NCBI GenBank assembly: GCA_021810635.1
Contig: JAJZIH010000004.1
Span: forward strand, 76,131 to 140,130
Source of the DNA: Pseudomonadota bacterium
GTDB taxonomy: Bacteria > Pseudomonadota > Gammaproteobacteria > JAKAQQ01
Length of the DNA stretch: 64,000 bases
Reading direction: 5' to 3'
The position numbers were made by a program, and so were the translations under genes. Numbering within the stretch: the stretch's first letter is position 1; every line of letters begins with the position of its first letter. Positions 44,428 to 54,746 of this stretch are shown piece after piece. The notes beneath the pieces were generated by a model. That model worked only from the letters and a program-made list of their open reading frames with translations, had not been told where the DNA came from and did no database searches.

Positions 44428-45081
44428 ATGCGCGTGGGCCGTCTCCTCAGGGGAGTGGCGATGGCCGGGATCGCAGGGGGGGTGTGGCTCTCGGGGGGGC
44501 TCCCCGTGCTGGCGAAAAGTCGTGAGAAACTGCCACCGGTCGTGGCCCGGCTCGAACGGATCTCGACGTTTTCGGCACGCTTTTCCGAAACGGTCTCGGA
44601 TCCTGCTCTCAAGACCCACCGCCATCATCGGGGACAGGTCTGGATCGAGAGGCCCAACCGGTTTCGCTGGGTCTACCGGACCCCCAACGCCGAAACGATT
44701 GTCTCCGACGGCCGTGCCCTGTGGGTTTACGACGTCGCACTGGAGCAGGTCACCGTCCATCCGCTTTCCCGGGATCTGGGTTCGACTCCTGCCATGCTGC
44801 TGGCTGGGACCCGGCCTCTGGCCCGTCTTTTTGTGATCCGTGACCTCGGTGTTTCCGGCGGCCTCGTTTGGTACCGGTTCACGCCCCGTTCTGCCCATGG
44901 GACCTTCCGTCGCATTGAGGTTGGGCTCGGAGCAGGCACACTGCGGGCCATGAAGTTGTGGGATCGCCTGGGTGAGGAGACCGAAATCCGGTTTTCGCAT
45001 ATTCGCGTCAACCGGCCCATCGATCCCTATCGGTTCCACCTCAAAGTGCCGCCCGGGGTTGCGGTCATTGGTCATCCCTGA
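44428..45081 (+). CDS. lolA: Outer-membrane lipoprotein chaperone LolA
   Basis: ATG 44428 with a signal peptide. Pattern F.ARFSETV......H...G.VWIERPNRFRW.Y..P....IVSDG..LW.YD. Conserved ftsK-lolA-rarA order. Confidence 0.8.
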   Translation: MRVGRLLRGVAMAGIAGGVWLSGGLPVLAKSREKLPPVVARLERISTFSARFSETVSDPALKTHRHHRGQVWIERPNRFRWVYRTPNAETIVSDGRALWVYDVALEQVTVHPLSRDLGSTPAMLLAGTRPLARLFVIRDLGVSGGLVWYRFTPRSAHGTFRRIEVGLGAGTLRAMKLWDRLGEETEIRFSHIRVNRPIDPYRFHLKVPPGVAVIGHP

Positions 45082-45094
45082 GGGGGCAGCGGAT

Positions 45095-46396
45095 GTGCCG
45101 CGGCACGATCTAGTTCCCCTGTCCGAGCAGTTGCGGCCTCATCGTATCGAGGATTTCCTAGGACAGGGGCATCTGCGTGGGCCCGGAGGACCCTTGTCCT
45201 TGCAGGCCAACCGTCCCTCTTCAATGGTTTTCTGGGGCCCCCCGGGAACCGGGAAAACAACATTGGCACGTCTTTTGGCCTCGAGGTGGGAGGCGGTTTT
45301 CCTGTCGCTGTCGGCCGTTGAATCGGGTGTCCGGGATCTCCGGATGGCCGCCGAGTCGGCCCGTCAGCGGGACTCCCAGGCCACCCTGCTGTTCGTTGAC
45401 GAGATCCACCGGTTTTCGAAAAACCAGCAGGACGTGCTACTGCCCTATCTGGAGGACGGCACGCTGTTCCTCCTTGGGGCGACGACCGAGAATCCGGGGT
45501 TCGCCCTGACGGGAGCCCTGCTGTCCCGCGTCCGCGTTTTCCCCCTCCACCCCCTGGAACCGGCCGAACTCGGAACGTTGCTCGAGCGCGCGGAACGCCA
45601 CTGCCGGGACACCTTGGGGCTTTCCGTTTTGTGGAGTCCCGGGGTTCGTGAGACCGCGCTCCGGATGACTCAAGGAGATGCCCGGAAGCTCCTGCAGGGA
45701 CTCGAAGCCTTGATGCATAGCGTCGCCCCGGGGATCGACCGGCTTTCGGTCGGGGAGAGGGAATGGGCACAGGCCTTCGGCCGGACGCTGCTGTACATGG
45801 ATCGGGGTGGCGACTGGTTTTACGACCTGCTTTCGGCCCTGCACAAGAGCATCCGTGGGTCCGATCCCGATGCTGCGCTGTACTGGCTCACCCGTTTTAC
45901 CGACGCTGGCGGGGATCCGCGCGTGGTGGCCCGCCGGATGGTCCGCGCCGCATCGGAAGACATCGGCAATGCGGATCCGGCCGCGCTGGGACTGGCGCTC
46001 CATGCGTGGGAGAGTTACGAACGTCTTGGAGAACCGGAAGGGATCTTGGCGCTGGCCCAGGTCGCGGTGTACCTTGCGGCGGCCGAAAAAAGCAATGCAG
46101 TCTACCGGGCGGCCGGGGCCGTGCAGAACCGGATCCGGGAAACCGGATCCTTGCCGGTTCCGCTTCACCTGCGCAACGCTCCCACGCGCTATGCCCGAAC
46201 ATTGGGTCATGGCCGGGGCTACCGCTATGACCCGGATGAACCGGGAGGACATGCCGTGGATCAGACCTACCTGCCTGAGGCGCTTCTGGGCTGCGTTTTT
46301 TATGAGCCCACGGAGCGCGGCTTTGAAAGAAAGCTGGCCGAACGTCTGCGGAAACTCCGGGAGCGGTCCCTCCCCCAAAACCGTCCCGACGATTGA
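45095..46396 (+). CDS. rarA: Replication-associated recombination protein A (AAA+ ATPase)
   Basis: GTG 45095 (GAGGGGG upstream) gives PLSEQLRP..IEDFLGQ.HL, FWGPPGTGKTTLARLLA, LFVDEIHRF.K.QQD.LLP, LHLRNAPT. Confidence 0.9.
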   Translation: MPRHDLVPLSEQLRPHRIEDFLGQGHLRGPGGPLSLQANRPSSMVFWGPPGTGKTTLARLLASRWEAVFLSLSAVESGVRDLRMAAESARQRDSQATLLFVDEIHRFSKNQQDVLLPYLEDGTLFLLGATTENPGFALTGALLSRVRVFPLHPLEPAELGTLLERAERHCRDTLGLSVLWSPGVRETALRMTQGDARKLLQGLEALMHSVAPGIDRLSVGEREWAQAFGRTLLYMDRGGDWFYDLLSALHKSIRGSDPDAALYWLTRFTDAGGDPRVVARRMVRAASEDIGNADPAALGLALHAWESYERLGEPEGILALAQVAVYLAAAEKSNAVYRAAGAVQNRIRETGSLPVPLHLRNAPTRYARTLGHGRGYRYDPDEPGGHAVDQTYLPEALLGCVFYEPTERGFERKLAERLRKLRERSLPQNRPDD

Positions 46397-46622
46397 AACG
46401 GAGGGATGCGCGGCCCGGCACCCGCCAGAATCGGGGGGTGCGGCAATACGGGGATCTCCGGGTGTTTTCGGACGGTTCCCGGAGGACTCGTGGTCCATTG
46501 CCATTCGGAGTGGCAGGCACGCTCAGGCCGGGACGTCACGACGCCGAGTGACGCCCATCTGACGGATGGAAAGCGTATCCTGTCCCAGATCCAGACCCTG
46601 GGTCGGGCGGAGGAGTGGGCGG

Positions 46623-46928
46623 ATGGCACGCCAGTTCGCGACGTTTCCGGATTTTTACCGGTTTTATCTCGTTGAACATTCGGAGATCAACTGTCGGCGT
46701 CTGCATTTTGCAGGCAGTTGGCTGGTCCTGTGCGACGTGTTCTGGGCGCTTGCCAGTCGCGACGGCTGGTGGCTGCTCCTGGCCCCGGTCCTGGGTTACG
46801 GCTTTGCTTGGGCTGGTCATTTTTTCTTCCAGAAAAACCGGCCCGCCACCTTCCAATACCCGCTCTGGAGTCTATACGGCGACTGGAGGATGTTCTGGGA
46901 TATCCTGAGAGGGCGCCTTCCGATCTGA
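46623..46928 (+). CDS. DUF962 (Mpo1-like) membrane protein
   Basis: ATG 46623 gives MARQFATFPDFYRFYLVEHSEINCRRLHFAGSWL..., then two TM helices and AGHFFFQKNRPATFQYPLWS. The family is recalled from memory. Confidence 0.55.
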   Translation: MARQFATFPDFYRFYLVEHSEINCRRLHFAGSWLVLCDVFWALASRDGWWLLLAPVLGYGFAWAGHFFFQKNRPATFQYPLWSLYGDWRMFWDILRGRLPI

Positions 46929-47011
46929 AGGTGGGTGGAATCCGGCCAGACCGACCGTTCCCTCTGGCGCACGACCGCCGGGTTTGAGTAATACTAGCGC
47001 GTCCCGACTGC

Positions 47012-47632
47012 TTGTCCTCCCCATTCATGTCTGATCATTTTCCGTTCTGGTCTGGTGTCGCCTTGATTGGAGTGCTGCTGCTTGTGGTGGCCGGGCTGCT
47101 GGCTTATGGTGCCCGTCTCCTCTGGCGCCGCCGCCGGATCCCGAAACTGATCCGGACCCTCCGCCAGCTGACCCCTTGGATCGTGACGGATCTCCTGTTA
47201 CCGGATGGCCTGGATTCGAAAATCCCGATGGATTGCCTGGTTCTGACCGGACAAAAGCTGCATGTCGTCCAGATGTTCAGGATCGAGGGATCGGTTTTCG
47301 GTTCCGCCAACATGAACGAATGGACGGTTTTGGGACGTGCGGGACGGTGGACGTTCCCCAACCCTCTCCTGAGCGGTCCTTTGCGTAGCCTGGCTATTCA
47401 GGAGAGCCTGGTGGAACGAATCCCCGTGCAGGTGGACTATGTCTTTTGGGGGGATTGTCGCTTTCCCAAGGGCAAGGCTGACGGGGTACACGAGATGGCC
47501 GAGTATCTTGAATCGATGCGTCGTGAGATCGGCCAGTTCGGCGAGCCGCCCGCCACGTGGCAGAACGCCTGGGAGAGCCTTAAGGAAGGCCGTGCTCGGA
47601 CGGTGACCGCGACCCGTCGGCATACGCGGTGA
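47012..47632 (+). CDS. Membrane-anchored NERD (nuclease-related domain)-like protein
   Basis: N-terminal TM helix (FWSGVALIGVLLLVVAGLLAY). Then the pattern VTDLLLPDG...IPMDCLVLTGQKLHVVQMFRIEGSVFG...NEWTV......FPNPL resembles NERD; the assignment is by eye only. Confidence 0.45.
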   Translation: MSSPFMSDHFPFWSGVALIGVLLLVVAGLLAYGARLLWRRRRIPKLIRTLRQLTPWIVTDLLLPDGLDSKIPMDCLVLTGQKLHVVQMFRIEGSVFGSANMNEWTVLGRAGRWTFPNPLLSGPLRSLAIQESLVERIPVQVDYVFWGDCRFPKGKADGVHEMAEYLESMRREIGQFGEPPATWQNAWESLKEGRARTVTATRRHTR

Positions 47633-49061
47633 GAATGTCAGCGAGACAAGCCGTCAGGCGGACCGCGGTGGCCAAGTGCAGGAATTCGTTCGGGCCGTGT
47701 GCATTGGATTCCGGACCGAGAACCCCGGTCACGAAATACTGGGTTTCCGGATACCGCTCGGCCAGCATTTTCATGAAGGGGATGGACCCGCCCGTTCCCA
47801 TCGCCAGGGCCGCCTGCCCGAAATGACGTTTTGAACTGGTTTCCAGTGCTTTCCGGAGCCAGGGAGCCGTGGTCGGCGCATTCCATCCGGGCATGGCCGA
47901 TGTGATCTTCAGTTGGATTGCAGCATGAAACGGCGCCGGCGCAGAGAACGCCTGTTCCAGCGACGTCACGGCCTGGGAGACCTCGAGCGTTGGAGGCAGG
48001 CGAAAGGAGAGTTTGAGGGTCGTCCGGGGGCGCAAGACATTGCCGCCGGTTCGGATGGGTGGGAGTCCGTCGGCACCCGTGACCTCGAGTGCCGGAGCCC
48101 AGGTATTTTCAAGCAGGGCTTTTTCCGGATCCTCTGATCGTGGATGCGTGGTCCCGGCAAAGGGGAACCGCTCCCAAACCAGCCGGTTCAGGGTTCGTGC
48201 CGCCTGCCGGACTTCTTCCTCGCGATTGGTCGGGACGGTGACGTGGAATGCGGCCAGCCGGATCCGTCCATCCCGTGAGTCCTCGACACGATCCAGAAGA
48301 TGCCGGAGCACCTGGAAACTCGAGGGAACAATGCCTCCTGCGGTACCCGAATGGACCCCGTGAGTGAGCGTTTCGACGCTCAACTCTGCGATGAGATTGC
48401 CGCGCAGTGAGGTGGTATACCAGAGCTGGTCGTAGTTCCCGCATTCGGCGTCCAGGCAGACAATCAGGCCCGGCACGCCCAGCCGATCCGAGAGATGGTC
48501 CAGGTAGGCGGCAAGATCCGGGCTCCCGCTTTCCTCGGAGCATTCGATCAGGGCCAGGAAGGGGGGCCAGAGGGTCCCGGCGGCGTTGAGCCGGCGCAGA
48601 GCGGAGACGATCGAAAAGACGGCGTATCCGTCATCGGCGCCACCCCGGCCATAGAGTCGCCCGTTTTCCAGAACCGGTGTCCAGGGGCCGAGTCCCGGCC
48701 GCCATCCCTCGAACTCCGGCTGCTTGTCCAGGTGACCATAGAGGAGGACGGACGGAAGGGTGCCCCGTCGCGGATCGGTGCTGGCTTCAATGCACAGGAG
48801 GGGCGTAGAGCCGGGCCGCTCGAGGATTTCCACGGAAGCAAGATCCTCGAGTTGGGCCCGGCACCAGTCTCGGACCAGACAGACGGCCCGGTCCATGTCG
48901 CCATGGCTCTTCCAGTCCGGATCAAAGGCGGGAGACCGGTTCGGGATCCGGATGTAGTCCTTGAGGGCGGGTACGATTGAAGTCCGCCAGAAGGAATCGA
49001 TTTCATCGAGGGGAGAAGGAACGGGCATGGGCATGGGAGGGGAGCTCCTGGAAGGCGGCAT
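47580..49061 (-). CDS. M20-family metallopeptidase/dipeptidase (ArgE/DapE/CPG2 type)
   Basis: Motifs: LLYGHLDKQP, GRGGADDGY, ECSEESGS, and a dimerisation-domain region. The start is uncertain (49061, 49034 or 49028). Confidence 0.8.
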   Translation of the reverse strand: MPPSRSSPPMPMPVPSPLDEIDSFWRTSIVPALKDYIRIPNRSPAFDPDWKSHGDMDRAVCLVRDWCRAQLEDLASVEILERPGSTPLLCIEASTDPRRGTLPSVLLYGHLDKQPEFEGWRPGLGPWTPVLENGRLYGRGGADDGYAVFSIVSALRRLNAAGTLWPPFLALIECSEESGSPDLAAYLDHLSDRLGVPGLIVCLDAECGNYDQLWYTTSLRGNLIAELSVETLTHGVHSGTAGGIVPSSFQVLRHLLDRVEDSRDGRIRLAAFHVTVPTNREEEVRQAARTLNRLVWERFPFAGTTHPRSEDPEKALLENTWAPALEVTGADGLPPIRTGGNVLRPRTTLKLSFRLPPTLEVSQAVTSLEQAFSAPAPFHAAIQLKITSAMPGWNAPTTAPWLRKALETSSKRHFGQAALAMGTGGSIPFMKMLAERYPETQYFVTGVLGPESNAHGPNEFLHLATAVRLTACLADILTAYADGSRSPSEHGLP

Positions 49062-49842
49062 GAGGCCAGAAGAAGTGGAACGAGTTGGTGCGTAGCTGGC
49101 TGGAAAAATCCATGAGGTCGCGGTTCAGGTGCGACGCGAGGAATGCAGCGATGTGGGGCAAAAAAGCCGGTTCGTTGCGCTTGTTGCGGGGAGGATCGGG
49201 CAGGGTCCGGGGCAGGAGATAGGGCGCGTCGGTTTCGATCAGGAGACGGTCTTCCGGGATTTCAGGAAGCAGGGCCACGAGGTGACGGCCGCGGCGCTCA
49301 TCGCACACCCAGCCCGTAAGTCCGATCCAAAGGCCCAGCGTGAGATAGTGTTCAAGTTCCACGGCGGTTCCGGTAAAACAGTGAAGGACCGCCTTCGGTA
49401 GGGCCGGACCCGCATTTTCCAGTATGGCCAACAGGTCGGCGTGGGCATGCCGTTCATGCAGGAAGAGTGGCTTGCCGAGCCGAATCGCGAGTTCCACCTG
49501 CTTTTCGAAAATGCGGCGCTGCTGTTCCGGTTCGGAAAGGTTCCGGAAATAGTCCAAGCCGCATTCACCAATCGCCACGACATCCGGCTGCTCGGCATGG
49601 GTACAGACCGTCTCCCAGTCTTCATCACGAAGCTGCCCGGCCTCGTGCGGGTGGATGCCCGAGGTGATCCACAACCGCTCGGGGTCGCGCTGCCGCAACT
49701 GTTTGGCGGCAAGCACCCCGGGTCCATCGCTGGACGTCAGAATCATCCGTTCGACCCCGGCATCAATCGCCCGGGCAATGACGGCGTCCCGGTCAGGGTC
49801 GAAGCGGGAATGGGTGAGGTTCACTCCGATATCAATCCACAT
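49003..49842 (-). CDS. tatD: TatD-family metal-dependent DNase/hydrolase
   Basis: ATG 49842 gives MWIDIGVNLTHSRF, then AIGECGLDY, LHCFTG, GITGWVCDERRG-type GLTGWVCDERRG, and IETDAPYLLPR. Colinear with E. coli TatD. Confidence 0.85.
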   Translation of the reverse strand: MWIDIGVNLTHSRFDPDRDAVIARAIDAGVERMILTSSDGPGVLAAKQLRQRDPERLWITSGIHPHEAGQLRDEDWETVCTHAEQPDVVAIGECGLDYFRNLSEPEQQRRIFEKQVELAIRLGKPLFLHERHAHADLLAILENAGPALPKAVLHCFTGTAVELEHYLTLGLWIGLTGWVCDERRGRHLVALLPEIPEDRLLIETDAPYLLPRTLPDPPRNKRNEPAFLPHIAAFLASHLNRDLMDFSSQLRTNSFHFFWPHAAFQELPSHAHARSFSPR

Positions 49843-50000
49843 CCCGGCGTTCCCGGCTGATTCCGCACGCATCCGGGATGGGTTTTCCGGCTGCCGCAGG
49901 TAAGCCCGGGTCCCGTGCTGCCGGAGGGATGGGTGCCGGATCCAGGCGAAAAGCATCGCGTTCCCGCTGGACAGGTCGGCTGGCCGGACCGGTCAGCTTC

Positions 50001-51191
50001 TTAGCTAAAGTATTCCTGCAGACGGGAGACGGCGATTTCAAGGGTTTGGTCATCGGTTGCGTATGAGAGGCGGAGATGGCCGGGCGCTCCGAATGCACTG
50101 CCGGGAACCACGGCAATGCCGGTGCGCTCGAGGAGATCGCAGGCCAGGGCCTGGTCATCGCTGATGGCCGGGTTCAGGCCCAGGTGGGGCCGGCAGTCCG
50201 CAAAGGCGTAGAAGGTGCCGTCCGCGGGCTGTACCCGGATGCCGTTCAGTTCATTCAGCCGGGGGACCAGATAGTCGTGCCTTGCATGGTAGGCGGCAAC
50301 CATCTGGTCGATGCTTGAGGAATCGCCACTCAACGCGGCTTCCGCCGCTGCCTGTGCGATTGAATTGGCATTGGAGACCGTATGCGACTGGAAATCCGCC
50401 ATGGCCTGGATCAGGGCGGGGGGGGCCGCCGCATATCCGATTCTCCAACCGGTCATGGCATGGGATTTGGATACGCCGTTGATGACGACGCACCGGTCCA
50501 CAAGGTCCGGGCAGACCATGGCGAGATTCAGGAAAGGCAGTCCCTGCCAGAGGATTTTCTCATACAGGTCGTCGGTGACAATGACGATTTGGGGATGGCG
50601 CCGGACCACCGACCCGATGGCGTCGAGCTGCGACCGGGGGTAATGAACCCCGGTGGGATTGCCCGGGCTGTTCAGGATCAGGAGACGGGTTGGAGGTTTG
50701 AGCGAGGCGTCCAGGGCATCAATGTCGATCGCGTAACGGTCCGTGGCATCGGTCTGGAGAATATGGCACTCGGCACCACTCAGCCGGATGATGTCCGGAT
50801 AGGAGACCCAGTAGGGGGCGATGATGACCACCCGATCCCCGGGATTGAGCAGGCACTGGGTCAGAGCATACAGGGCGTACTTGGCTCCCGGGGTCACCAG
50901 GATCGAGGTCACGGGGTAGTCGAGTTGGTTGTCCTTCCTGAATTTGGCCTGGATGGCTTCCCGCAGCGAGGGGGTGCCTGCGGCCGGGGTGTAACGGGTC
51001 AGTCCCCGCTCCATGGCCTCTCGGGCCGCCTCGCGGATGAACGTCGGCGTGTCAAAATCAGGTTCACCGATGGACAGGTTCAGGATGGGCCTGCCGGCCT
51101 GCTTGAGGGTGGCTGCGAGCGAGGCGATTGCCAGGGTGGGTGAGGGCTGGATCTCTGCGAGCCGGTTGGCAATGGCAAGGGATGCGGTCAT
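50001..51191 (-). CDS. Class I/II PLP-dependent (aspartate-type) aminotransferase
   Basis: Motifs: LSIGEPDFDTP, NSPGNPTG, and the PLP-Lys motif NGVSKSHAMTGWRIGY. The start is ATG 51191 or 51224. Confidence 0.85.
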   Translation of the reverse strand: MTASLAIANRLAEIQPSPTLAIASLAATLKQAGRPILNLSIGEPDFDTPTFIREAAREAMERGLTRYTPAAGTPSLREAIQAKFRKDNQLDYPVTSILVTPGAKYALYALTQCLLNPGDRVVIIAPYWVSYPDIIRLSGAECHILQTDATDRYAIDIDALDASLKPPTRLLILNSPGNPTGVHYPRSQLDAIGSVVRRHPQIVIVTDDLYEKILWQGLPFLNLAMVCPDLVDRCVVINGVSKSHAMTGWRIGYAAAPPALIQAMADFQSHTVSNANSIAQAAAEAALSGDSSSIDQMVAAYHARHDYLVPRLNELNGIRVQPADGTFYAFADCRPHLGLNPAISDDQALACDLLERTGIAVVPGSAFGAPGHLRLSYATDDQTLEIAVSRLQEYFS

Positions 51192-51247
51192 GGGGCGGGT
51201 GCAGGGGGCAATGGCGGTTATCATAGGCGTAAACAGGTGGGCACGTC

Positions 51248-53266
51248 ATGAAAGACCGGTTTCAACTGGTGGCTGGATATGCGCCGGCCGGAGATCAGCC
51301 CCAGGCGATCGAAGCCCTGACCCGTGGTCTTGAGGATGGGTTGGCCCGACAAGTGCTTCTGGGGGTGACGGGTTCGGGCAAAACTTTTACCATCGCGAAC
51401 CTCGTCCAAAACGTGCAGCGGACAACTCTGGTTTTGGCGCCCAACAAGACACTGGCCGCCCAGCTCTACGGTGAATTCAAGGGTTATTTTCCGGAGAATG
51501 CCGTCGAATATTTCGTCTCCTACTACGATTACTACCAGCCGGAGGCCTACGTCCCGCAGTCGGATACCTATATCGAGAAAGATGCCACGATCAACGAGCA
51601 CATCGAGCAGATGCGCCTGTCGGCCACCAAGGCGCTCCTCGAACGGAGGGATACGCTGATTGTGGCGACGGTTTCGGCCATTTATGGACTGGGTGACCCG
51701 GAATCCTACCACCGCATGGTGTTGCACCTGGCCGTGGGGGATCACGCGACCCAGCGGCAGATCCTGATCCATCTGGCGGATATGCAGTACCGGCGCAACG
51801 ATTACGAGCTTTTGCCGGGCTCGTTCCGGGTGCGCGGCGATCTCATCGACATCCACCCCAAGGAATCGGAGCGGGACGCCCTCCGGATCGAGCTGTCGGA
51901 CGACGAGGTGGCAACCCTCTGTTTGCTCGACCCCCTCACCGGCAAGGTCCGTGTCCGCCTGCAGCGGTATACCGTGTACCCGGGCAGCCACTACGTCACG
52001 CCCAGGGACCGGGTCCTCGAGGCCCTGACCCGGATCCGGACCGAGCTCGGCGAACGCCTGCAGTGGCTGCGGGAGCGAGGGCGGCTGCTCGAAGCCGAAC
52101 GGCTGGAACAGCGGACCCGTTTCGATCTGGAGATGATCCAGGAGCTGGGCTACTGTACGGGCATTGAAAACTATTCACGCCATTTGTCCGGCCGCGGTCC
52201 CGGAGAGGCGCCGCCCACGCTTTTTGATTACCTGCCGCCTCAGGCGTTGTTGGTGATCGATGAAAGTCACATCACGATCCCCCAGCTGGTGGGCATGTAC
52301 CGAGGTGACTACTCCCGCAAGTCGACCCTGGTCGAGTATGGGTTCCGGCTCCCCTCCGCCTTGGACAACCGGCCCCTGCGTTTCGAGGAGTTCGAGGCCC
52401 GCGCTCTGCAGACCGTCTATGTCTCCGCCACCCCCGGCCCCTATGAAACCCGGAAGGCCGATGCGACGGTCGAACAACTGGTGCGGCCGACCGGCCTCGT
52501 GGATCCTTCGGTTGAGGTCCGCCCAGCCATCACCCAGATCGATGACCTGCTCTCCGAGATCCGGCAGTGCGCCGGCCGCCAGGAACGGGTTCTCGTGACC
52601 ACGCTGACCAAGCGGATGGCCGAGGACCTGACCGAGTATCTTCAGGAAAACGGGGTCCGGGTCCGTTATCTGCATTCCGATATCGAGACCCTGGAACGAT
52701 CCGAGCTGATCCGGGAGTTGCGTAAAGGGACCTTCGATGTTTTGGTGGGGATCAACCTGTTGCGCGAAGGGCTCGACCTCCCGGAAGTGTCCCTAGTGGC
52801 CATCCTGGACGCCGATAAGGAAGGGTTCCTGCGTTCGGAAGGGGCTTTGATCCAGACCATCGGCCGGGCATCCCGCCACCTGTCGGGCCGGGCGATCCTC
52901 TATGCCGAGCACACGACGCCCTCAATGGCCCGGGCCATTCAGGAAACCGAGCGCCGCCGCCTGCGGCAGCTCGAATTCAATGAACGGCACCGGATCACGC
53001 CGCGTGGGATCCAGAAAGGAATCGTCGATGCCCTGGAAGGGGCGGGCGCGTACGCACCCGGTTCCCCGGGGCGGCGCGGAAGACGGTCCGCCGCCGGAGC
53101 CGGAGAGGCGACCTCCGATAGACGGAATCCGGAGGATCAGGCGCGTGAGATCCGGAAGCTGGAAGAGGAAATGCGTGAGCAGGCGCGGCTGCTGGAATTT
53201 GAAAAGGCGGCGGAGATCCGGGATCAGGTCATGCTGCTCAAAGAGCGTTTTTTGGGGTATTCGTGA
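51248..53266 (+). CDS. uvrB: Excinuclease ABC subunit B (its last 3 codons and stop are supplied by the inserted IS)
   Basis: 672 aa. Motifs: [16 protein letters not shown], the helicase motifs and the C-terminal UVR domain ([11 protein letters not shown]). It ends ...KERFLGYS*, with GGG TAT TCG TGA lying inside the IS left inverted repeat. Confidence 0.95.
   Translation: MKDRFQLVAGYAPAGDQPQAIEALTRGLEDGLARQVLLGVTGSGKTFTIANLVQNVQRTTLVLAPNKTLAAQLYGEFKGYFPENAVEYFVSYYDYYQPEAYVPQSDTYIEKDATINEHIEQMRLSATKALLERRDTLIVATVSAIYGLGDPESYHRMVLHLAVGDHATQRQILIHLADMQYRRNDYELLPGSFRVRGDLIDIHPKESERDALRIELSDDEVATLCLLDPLTGKVRVRLQRYTVYPGSHYVTPRDRVLEALTRIRTELGERLQWLRERGRLLEAERLEQRTRFDLEMIQELGYCTGIENYSRHLSGRGPGEAPPTLFDYLPPQALLVIDESHITIPQLVGMYRGDYSRKSTLVEYGFRLPSALDNRPLRFEEFEARALQTVYVSATPGPYETRKADATVEQLVRPTGLVDPSVEVRPAITQIDDLLSEIRQCAGRQERVLVTTLTKRMAEDLTEYLQENGVRVRYLHSDIETLERSELIRELRKGTFDVLVGINLLREGLDLPEVSLVAILDADKEGFLRSEGALIQTIGRASRHLSGRAILYAEHTTPSMARAIQETERRRLRQLEFNERHRITPRGIQKGIVDALEGAGAYAPGSPGRRGRRSAAGAGEATSDRRNPEDQAREIRKLEEEMREQARLLEFEKAAEIRDQVMLLKERFLGYS
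53247..53254. repeat. Target-site duplication, left copy (GTTTTTTG)
   Basis: Identical 8-mer at 55813-55820, immediately outside the inverted repeats. Confidence 0.85.
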
Positions 53267-53279
53267 AAGTGGGTTGGGG
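53255..53279. repeat. IS left terminal inverted repeat, GGGTATTCGTGAAAGTGGGTTGGGG
   Basis: Matches the reverse complement of 55788-55812 at 20/25 positions. The GGGTAT...GGTTG pattern is reminiscent of ISPpu12-type ends (from memory). Confidence 0.8.
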
Positions 53280-53284
53280 CGGGG

Positions 53285-54679
53285 TCAAAGCTCCCCCGCC
53301 TCAATCATGCGGATGAGTGTTGAAATGTCCACGCCGTAGTTCTTCTCCCGCTTCTCATGCTTGTGTGGGTCATAGGCTTCGGGCGGGCGCAGCGGACGCT
53401 CTTTCTCCATCACCGGCAAGCCGTAGCCGATGGCATCATCCGGCAGGCCATAACCCATTTCGACCGGTTCCGGCTCGCGCTTTCGCTCGAATCTTGGACG
53501 CTTCTGTTTGTGGCTGTGAATGCTCTCGGTGAACAGCACCTTGGTCCGCAATGCCTCGAACGAGTAGCCCCGGCCTAGCCGGTTCATCACCCGAATCAGG
53601 CTGTTCAGCGACTCCGTGTAGGCGTTCGTCACTGGGTGCTCGAAGTAGTTGAGGATGAACGGCTGCCAGTTGGTGAAGGCGCGGATCAGGTCGGCGAAAT
53701 AGGGTCTGATCTCGGTCGAGATGACCCTATGCCACGCCTCGTAGCGCCGCATGGCGTCCTCTGGCGTCTCGGCCTCATAGATGCCGTAGAAGTCCTCCTT
53801 GAGCCTGTACGTCTCACCCAAGGCTGGGTAGTTCTTCGTCCAGCTGTCGAGATTCAGTCGCTCTTTATCGTTTAGGTCGCTCTCGCGCTTCAAGAGCACG
53901 AATCGGTCGTGCATCAGTCCGCGCTTCTGCTTGATGGTCAGTTCGCCTCGCAAGCCCTTGCGTGCCTTCTCCATCGCGTCGTTCGCCATTCTGACGACGT
54001 AGAACTTGTCGATGACGATGGTCGCCTCGGGTAGTACCGCACTGACCGCATCGCGGTAGGGCACCCACAGATCCATCGCCACGTACTGCACCTGGTCCCG
54101 GTTCGGCATCTTGAACAGGTACTTCTCCACTGTGTCCTTGTTCCGGTTGTGGAGCATGTCCACGATGGTGTTGTTCTGGATGTTCGAGACGACGCAGCGC
54201 GGCTTGTTGATGATGTGGATTTCGTTTATGCCCATCCACTTCGGCGTCTCGAAGTGGACGGTCTTCTCAAGCTCACCGATGTAGCCGCGGAAGATGTTGC
54301 GGATCGTCCCTTCAACTAGGCCGGTTTCATCGGCCAAAGAGGTGAAGGTGCGTTTCAACGCCTGTTGCCCGATCCACTTCACCAGCCGCTCGGTCATCAT
54401 GCGGTTCTCTGCTAGCACCGGCAGCGCCTGCGAGAAGGTCTTGCCACAGGATTGACAGCGCAACCGCTTGGTATCGATGTAGATGCCCACACGCTTGCCG
54501 TGCATCGGCATGTCTTTGAACACCTGCTCGCGGGTGCCCCACGAGGTCAGACGGTCGGACTGGCAGTGCGGGCAGGCTGAGGCCACGTCCACCGGCTCGG
54601 CGGTAACGTGGTAGTCGTGGTTGGTTTCCTCCACGCGCAGCACTCGGTACTGCGGGAGATTCAGGATGTTGGTGGGCAT
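53285..54679 (-). CDS. ISL3-family transposase
   Basis: ATG 54679 gives MPTNILNLPQYRVLRVEETNHDYHV, a zinc-ribbon (CPHCQS...CQSCGKTF), then WMGINEIHI, YVAMDLW.PYRDAV, VIDKFYVVRMAN and TNAYTESLNSLIRVMNR.GRGYSF. The track start at 55018 overlaps the toxin gene and is rejected. Confidence 0.9.
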   Translation of the reverse strand: MPTNILNLPQYRVLRVEETNHDYHVTAEPVDVASACPHCQSDRLTSWGTREQVFKDMPMHGKRVGIYIDTKRLRCQSCGKTFSQALPVLAENRMMTERLVKWIGQQALKRTFTSLADETGLVEGTIRNIFRGYIGELEKTVHFETPKWMGINEIHIINKPRCVVSNIQNNTIVDMLHNRNKDTVEKYLFKMPNRDQVQYVAMDLWVPYRDAVSAVLPEATIVIDKFYVVRMANDAMEKARKGLRGELTIKQKRGLMHDRFVLLKRESDLNDKERLNLDSWTKNYPALGETYRLKEDFYGIYEAETPEDAMRRYEAWHRVISTEIRPYFADLIRAFTNWQPFILNYFEHPVTNAYTESLNSLIRVMNRLGRGYSFEALRTKVLFTESIHSHKQKRPRFERKREPEPVEMGYGLPDDAIGYGLPVMEKERPLRPPEAYDPHKHEKREKNYGVDISTLIRMIEAGEL

Positions 54680-54746
54680 TTCAGGACGCGCTTTGCCAGG
54701 GGAACCGCGAAGCAGCCTTACGCCACCAAGACCCTTCCAGTCGAAT

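Noticed and set aside
45437-46504. 355-aa minus-strand ORF
   Set aside because: It is antisense to rarA, which carries clear AAA+ motifs.
51192-51247. LexA/SOS box upstream of uvrB
   Set aside because: No CTGT-N8-ACAG-like palindrome is present in the 56-bp divergent intergenic region.
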